Shown here: one piece after another, positions 58,575-64,000 of the stretch
Layout of the letters: each line of letters opens with the position of its first letter
Numbering within the stretch: the stretch's first letter is position 1
Assembly: GCA_050250855.1 (NCBI GenBank)
Contig: JBFWNW010000002.1
Coordinates: 64,001-128,000 of the forward strand
DNA: 64,000 nucleotides
Source of the DNA: Candidatus Babeliales bacterium
Lineage (GTDB): Bacteria; Babelota; Babeliae; Babelales; JACPOV01
Reading direction: 5' to 3'
Program-made: the position numbers and the translations under genes
Notes under the pieces: model-generated
What the model was told of the DNA's origin: nothing
Database searches by the model: none
Seen by the model: only the letters and a program-made list of their open reading frames with translations

Positions 58575-61220
58575 ATGAATTATAAAAAAATTATATCAAT
58601 GCTTTTTATATTCTTTTTTTGTCAGCATCTAGAGGGATACACGAGAAAAACAAAAACTTCTTGTGCTAGTCCTGTTGCTGCAGAAAAACAACAGAGCTCT
58701 TATGGCAAAAGAGCATCACGAAATAAACCTAAAGCGGTTATTTCTGGTTCTACCCAAGAATGTCAACCTGAAGCTTTAGATACCTGTGCTCCTGCAGTTT
58801 TTAATCCTGCGCAAAAGGTACAAAGCCGACAACCCTTTGCCGCAAAAAAAGATCCTAAACAGACTAAAACAAAACCACTATCACAAGTAGAGCAAAAACA
58901 AGTTGATGAGCCTTTAGATGGTCACGATTTTTCTGAAGCTAAAAAGCATATTCCCACGCGCCCAAAAACAGCAACTGATGATAAAGAAGATTTAATAGAA
59001 GTAAATCTTGAAAAAACAGATCTTCCTAATTTGTTGCGTTGGATTTCTGATGTATTTAACGTTAAATTTTTAAGTGAAGATGCTCTTCAACCGTCGCCGA
59101 GTGGCAGAAATTTATCTGGTAATGCTATTACTTTTAAAACCCATACGCCACTTACCAAGCGTGAAGTGTGGGATCTCTTTATTACGTTTCTTGATCTTTT
59201 TGGTTTTGGCCTTTCTGAAGGCACTATTCCAGATTTATATAAAGTTTTACCAACAGGGCCACAGGGGTCTCCTAATTTACTTTCAAAAGCACCGCTCCCT
59301 TCTTACATTAATATACCTTGGCAAGATTTACCTGATAATGATAGCACCGTGCGCTATGTATATTTGGTAAAAAATAGTAACTTAGCAACCATTCAAGGTA
59401 TTGTTGATGCCTTTAGAAGTAACACCTCAATATTACGAAAATTAGAAGATCTAAATGGTCTTTTTATGATTGATAAATCATCCAATATTCGTTCTATTAT
59501 GCAAGTTGTTGATGAGCTTGATAAAGCAACACAACCGGAAGCACTTTCTGTTCTTAAGTTAAAAAATGCTGACGCTAATGATGTTGTTAATCTTTATAAC
59601 CAATTAGTAAAAACAGAAGATCCTCGCGGCATTGCTCGCTTTTTGGGAGGCAAAAAACCTACTACTATTTACTTTCCCGAAGGCCTTCGCATGATTCCTG
59701 AACCGCGAACCAATACGCTGATTATTTTGGGAGATAAAGAAGGTATCAAAAAAGCAGAAGATTTCATTATTAACCATGTTGATACTGAATTAAAAATTCC
59801 TTATTCACCTTTGTATGTTTATGAATTACAGTACACCAGCGCCAAAGATATGGCAGAAATTTTAACGAATGTAACACAATTTACCGGAGGCTCTGCAGCC
59901 GCAGCAACAAGCGGCGGTGTTCGTGAAGGTGATAAATATTTACGTCCTATGGTGTTCAAGGCAGAAGATCAAGGAAATCGTTTACTTATTAAAGCAGAAA
60001 AAGAAGATTATTTAAAAGTGCGTGATATTATTAGAAAACTTGATGTAAAACAACCACAGATTGCTATGGAAGTTTTAATCGTCAATGTTATTCAGACCAA
60101 TGATCGCCAACTTGGCGTTCAGATTCGTAACAAGTCAACAAATACCGTTAGTAAAAATCTTGATTTCCAAACTTCCGGGTTCCCTCTTGCGAATAATACT
60201 CGCTCAGCTCCCGTCATTGATCAAAATACTGGCTCAATCATGGCAAACCTTATTAGCCTTGCGCAAGGACAATCTGTTGGCTCAACCTTGTTGACCATTT
60301 CTAATGCAGCATCGGGCGTATGGGGAATTTTTAAAATTTTACAAAACTATGCACAAACAAATATTGTTTCTAATCCGTTCTTAATTACGACTAATAAATA
60401 TACGGCTCAAGTTTCTATTGGTGAAACACGCCGTATTCAGACAAGTACAACCTCTGGTGTACAAAACGTTGCAGCATTTGGCGACGTTGAAGCGAATTTG
60501 ACAGTAAAAATAACACCACAAATAAATAGTATAGGTATTATTAACTTAGTTGTTGATATTAGCATTCAAAACTTTACGCAAGCTGACCCTAACAGTGCTA
60601 CTAAAGATACAAAAACAGTAAAAACAAACGCTAACGTTGCTAATGGCGAAGTTCTTGCTATTGGTGGCCTCTTGCAATCAAGAGAAGATGATGCCACCAG
60701 CAAAGTACCTATTCTTGGTGATTTTCCTGTGCTTGGTTGGTTCTTTAAAAGTAAGGCAAAAACGAAAACAAAAGATAATTTACTTATTTTTATTTCTCCT
60801 CGCATTATCGAACCTATGCTTGCAGGTGGCATTGGTGAATACACACAAGAAAAAGCATGTAAATCAAAAAATATTATGGGCGAAGCTCGTCATCCTGCAG
60901 AAAAACGCGATCCTATTCATCGTTGGTTCTTCCATGACTATCCATGCGAAGGTACTGAGTATATTGACGATTTCCTTGCAAGTCGCAACAATGAACCAGT
61001 ATGCCGCGTAGAATGTGAAGAATGTCCAGATCAAATAGATCCAGATTATACCTGTTGCGGAGAGCCAGCCACACGCTTTATAACAACAGATGCTGCAGTT
61101 GGCACTGATGCAAAGAAAAATAGTCCCGCACCTAAAGAAAAAGTTATTCTTGCTGATAACAAGGCAGAAAATAAAAAATCAAAAAAATCTCTTATTAACT
61201 TCTTGCCAGGTGAAGCATGA
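58575..61220 (+). CDS. gspD: Type II secretion secretin
   Basis: N domains (EPRTNTLII, LDVKQPQIAMEVLIV), VKITPQIN, GEVLAIGGL, KVPILGDFPVLGWFFK, LLIFISPRII. Confidence 0.9.
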   Translation: MNYKKIISMLFIFFFCQHLEGYTRKTKTSCASPVAAEKQQSSYGKRASRNKPKAVISGSTQECQPEALDTCAPAVFNPAQKVQSRQPFAAKKDPKQTKTKPLSQVEQKQVDEPLDGHDFSEAKKHIPTRPKTATDDKEDLIEVNLEKTDLPNLLRWISDVFNVKFLSEDALQPSPSGRNLSGNAITFKTHTPLTKREVWDLFITFLDLFGFGLSEGTIPDLYKVLPTGPQGSPNLLSKAPLPSYINIPWQDLPDNDSTVRYVYLVKNSNLATIQGIVDAFRSNTSILRKLEDLNGLFMIDKSSNIRSIMQVVDELDKATQPEALSVLKLKNADANDVVNLYNQLVKTEDPRGIARFLGGKKPTTIYFPEGLRMIPEPRTNTLIILGDKEGIKKAEDFIINHVDTELKIPYSPLYVYELQYTSAKDMAEILTNVTQFTGGSAAAATSGGVREGDKYLRPMVFKAEDQGNRLLIKAEKEDYLKVRDIIRKLDVKQPQIAMEVLIVNVIQTNDRQLGVQIRNKSTNTVSKNLDFQTSGFPLANNTRSAPVIDQNTGSIMANLISLAQGQSVGSTLLTISNAASGVWGIFKILQNYAQTNIVSNPFLITTNKYTAQVSIGETRRIQTSTTSGVQNVAAFGDVEANLTVKITPQINSIGIINLVVDISIQNFTQADPNSATKDTKTVKTNANVANGEVLAIGGLLQSREDDATSKVPILGDFPVLGWFFKSKAKTKTKDNLLIFISPRIIEPMLAGGIGEYTQEKACKSKNIMGEARHPAEKRDPIHRWFFHDYPCEGTEYIDDFLASRNNEPVCRVECEECPDQIDPDYTCCGEPATRFITTDAAVGTDAKKNSPAPKEKVILADNKAENKKSKKSLINFLPGEA

Positions 61221-62836
61221 TACGTGATATTTTTATTCCAGAAAAAGTTGGTACGTATTATCTATCACCAAAACGCATTATAGGATTTGATATAACCAAA
61301 ACATACGTATACGCTTCACAAGTTTATTGCGCTGGCTCTTCTATTACGTTGGAAAAATTTTATCAAGAACAGATTGACCCTGATGTTACAAGATCTTATG
61401 TAGAACGAGTGAGCCAAGCAATTAGAGCAATTATGAGCCAAGCTCCTTATTGCGATGAAATGAGATCTTCTCTTTCAAGTACCTTAATTGTTTTTAAAGA
61501 ATTAACATTACCGTTCTTGAATGCAGAAAAAATTTCCTTACTCTTGCCGTATGAAATTGAACAATCATTACCATTTTCATTACACGATGCAGTTGTTGAT
61601 TTTATTACTACAAAGCAAACAGTTCAACAAGGAACATCAGACGTTATTGCTGCTGCTACCCAGAAAGAATATATTGCAGAGCAAATAGTTTATTTTGAAC
61701 AAGCTGGCTACAACCCTACAACTCTCACTGTTGATCTTTTTGATCTTTATGGCCTTTATCGCCAAATTCCTTCTTATGCAACATCGGAGGAAACGGTGGC
61801 CCTTATTGATATAGAATTTAATATAACCAGAATTTGTTTTATTATTGATGGTCAATTAAAACTTGTGCGCACATTACAGCGCGGCATTGCAAATATTGCA
61901 AAAACAATGGCTCAAGAACTTTCTGCTGCTAATGGAAAAGCACTAGAAGATCTTGTCAGATTTGGTCTAGAAAAACATGACGATGCATCCTATACGACTG
62001 CTGCACAAAAAGCAATGCAGATGTTCTTAAAAGATATTCAGTTCACCTTGCAATCATTTATAACGCAAACAGGCTATCAAGAAAAAATTAATAAAATTTT
62101 ATTACTGGGCCGAGGCTCTGAAATTAATAATCTTGAGCAGTTCTTTACTAAAAATTTGAGTATTGAAACCGTGCTTTTTGATACGAATGCTTTATTAAAA
62201 CTACCAAATGTTTCAATAAAAACAGGCGTGCGTATTCCGCGTGCAAATAGCATAAGTTTATCTACAGCTTTCCCTACTACTATTACTGAAAGATTCAATT
62301 TACGCCAACAAGAGTTTGCTATTCCCTCAACCGTTACGTTTTACAAACAGTTTTTTGTAGCAGTTACTCTTTTTCTGTCAACATTCTTAATGCTCTTTAT
62401 GCACAGCTATTGGCAAAAAAGAACGCTAGCTCATACGGCAACAGCAATGGAAAAAGCGGTAGTAAATAAACTTAATGAGCTTGATCTAACGGATAAAAAA
62501 CAGTTTGCTACTGCTCTTGAAGATGCAGAGGAAAAAGTTGCACGAGAAGAAGAATTATGGTTTGGTTTTTCTCGTCAAACACGTTTTTCTTTCCTTAAAG
62601 CATTGCAAGATTTAAGCATTCTTATAGATAGAAAAGGCCTTGGACTTCAGCTTAAAAAAATGATCATTACCACCAATGAAATTACCCTAGAGGGTGAGGT
62701 CAGAGGATTTGAAGAACTAAAAACGCTTGAACGCGAATTGCGAGAATCAAAACTATTTGCCTATGTTCCTACACTGCAAGAGCTTAAATTTAATGAAAAG
62801 TTACCATTACGTAAAAATAATGAGGGACCTCAATGA
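61217..62836 (+). CDS. gspL: GspL-like protein (PilM actin-like domain + TM + PilN-like domain)
   Basis: IIGFDIT, LTLPF, EQSLPF, ALIDI, LLLGRGS; TM near residue 380; ITLEGEV. Confidence 0.7.
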   Translation: MIRDIFIPEKVGTYYLSPKRIIGFDITKTYVYASQVYCAGSSITLEKFYQEQIDPDVTRSYVERVSQAIRAIMSQAPYCDEMRSSLSSTLIVFKELTLPFLNAEKISLLLPYEIEQSLPFSLHDAVVDFITTKQTVQQGTSDVIAAATQKEYIAEQIVYFEQAGYNPTTLTVDLFDLYGLYRQIPSYATSEETVALIDIEFNITRICFIIDGQLKLVRTLQRGIANIAKTMAQELSAANGKALEDLVRFGLEKHDDASYTTAAQKAMQMFLKDIQFTLQSFITQTGYQEKINKILLLGRGSEINNLEQFFTKNLSIETVLFDTNALLKLPNVSIKTGVRIPRANSISLSTAFPTTITERFNLRQQEFAIPSTVTFYKQFFVAVTLFLSTFLMLFMHSYWQKRTLAHTATAMEKAVVNKLNELDLTDKKQFATALEDAEEKVAREEELWFGFSRQTRFSFLKALQDLSILIDRKGLGLQLKKMIITTNEITLEGEVRGFEELKTLERELRESKLFAYVPTLQELKFNEKLPLRKNNEGPQ

Positions 62837-63402
62837 CGATAGTTAACCATATTAAAGAATTCATTGAGCAACTTGATGAAGCAGCTTTTAAGCGTTACAT
62901 AGTTACCTTTTTTGCTCTTTTTTTCCTCTGCATAGGTTTTATTATATATCGCTACTATAGTGGCGTTTCAGTTATAAAAAATCGCATTGATACTATTAAT
63001 AAAAAAAGAAAAGAGGTTAAAAATCTCTTAGAACGTTTTGAAGTTGTTAAAGTACAAAAAACGGAAGTAGATACACTTCTTGAAAAAGATGCAGCATTTA
63101 AAATTGGTGGTTATTTTGATACTATTATTAATCAACTAGGCATAGCCGGTAATCAAACTCGTGCTCCTGAAACTTCATCTGAAGAGCTAGATAATGGCTA
63201 CACTGAAGTTAAGTTGTATGCAAGCTTTACCAACATGAATACACAAAAGCTTGTAGCATTACTTGACACACTTGAGCAAAATGAACGAATCTATACAAAA
63301 GAAGTTGAAATTTATAAACCAGATGTTGGCAAAACAATCAACATAAATATTTTAATTGCAACGCTTGAACCAAAAATTGAAACAACTGAAATAACGGAGT
63401 GA
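62833..63402 (+). CDS. GspM-like protein
   Basis: Bitopic, coiled coil, YTEVKL...LVALLDTLE; follows gspL. Confidence 0.6.
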   Translation: MTIVNHIKEFIEQLDEAAFKRYIVTFFALFFLCIGFIIYRYYSGVSVIKNRIDTINKKRKEVKNLLERFEVVKVQKTEVDTLLEKDAAFKIGGYFDTIINQLGIAGNQTRAPETSSEELDNGYTEVKLYASFTNMNTQKLVALLDTLEQNERIYTKEVEIYKPDVGKTININILIATLEPKIETTEITE

Positions 63403-63404
63403 TT

Positions 63405-64000
63405 ATGCTAAACAAGCGTTTTATATTTCTTGTAAGCATAGTACTATTTACTACGCATGCATTAATGAGTACTGAAGAAATTTCTTTAAAAAAAGATGAT
63501 TCAGTAAAAAAAACTCATACAAGAACTGGCAAAAAAAAAATTAAATTCGAGTTTACGGATAAACCTCTTGTAGATATTATCAATGAACTCGCACAAGAAA
63601 AAAAACTAAATATTATTCTTCCGCAAGGTGATCCTGTTGAAATAAAAACAAAGGTAACCTATCATCTTAAAAAACCTTTAACCCTTGCACAAGCATGGAA
63701 AGAAGTTATTTCACTACTTGACCTTGCTGGCTATACTATGCAGCCGCAGGGCACTGATATGCTTCTTATTAGAAAAGTTGATGATAATATAAAAAAACAA
63801 ATTACTTCAATCTTTATTGATCAACCTCTCGATAAATTACCTGATAATGAAAACTTTATTCGTGCTGTTTTTTATTTGGCCAATATAAATCTTAAAAATG
63901 AGTCTAGCTGGGGGGATTTAAATCCCATATTAACCGATATGCTTTCAGCTAAAGCAAATATCCAGGTTGATAAAAAAACTAACGCTTTAATTTTAACTGA
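63405..64000 (+). CDS. Second secretin-like protein, N-terminal part (runs off the window; absent from the ORF track)
   Basis: My translation: MLNKRFIFLVSIVLFTTHA...KIKFEFTDKPLVDII...KPLTLAQAW...LLDLAGY...LPDNENFIRAVFYL...VDKKTNALILT, which parallels the GspD N-region (PLTKREVW...LDLFGF...LPDNDSTVRYVYL). Confidence 0.75.
   Translation, partial: MLNKRFIFLVSIVLFTTHALMSTEEISLKKDDSVKKTHTRTGKKKIKFEFTDKPLVDIINELAQEKKLNIILPQGDPVEIKTKVTYHLKKPLTLAQAWKEVISLLDLAGYTMQPQGTDMLLIRKVDDNIKKQITSIFIDQPLDKLPDNENFIRAVFYLANINLKNESSWGDLNPILTDMLSAKANIQVDKKTNALILT

Noticed and set aside
376..62298. Many 60-125 aa ORFs nested in or antisense to larger genes
   Set aside because: No motifs or RBS; expected by chance

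Overview
An AT-rich, gene-dense bacterial segment. Gene content and the very high share of short Sec-signal proteins suggest a Gram-negative intracellular parasite of protists, most likely Babeliae (Dependentiae/TM6); this is an inference with no search run. Housekeeping genes (pyrE/pyrF, murI, ndk, rpsA, deaD, rng, uvrC, clpB, tpiA, secG, mlaEF) are mixed with three notable blocks. (1) A ~21 kb minus-strand glycosylation operon (15598-36609) whose last 13 genes all start with signal peptides, including the normally cytoplasmic GDP-fucose enzymes Gmd and Fcl. It holds four fucosyltransferases and several eukaryote-like GT domains. (2) A tandem pair of secreted Skp1 + F-box-like helix + 7xWD40 genes (39605-42810) that look like single-chain SCF ubiquitin-ligase adaptors. 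They have diversifying repeats and a hidden -1-frame coiled-coil tail, and they sit between two copies of the 3' end of a HAD gene. (3) A type II secretion locus with two secretins at the right end. There is also a candidate sRNA, a structured deaD leader and REP-like palindromes. No rRNA, tRNA, CRISPR array or transposase was seen.
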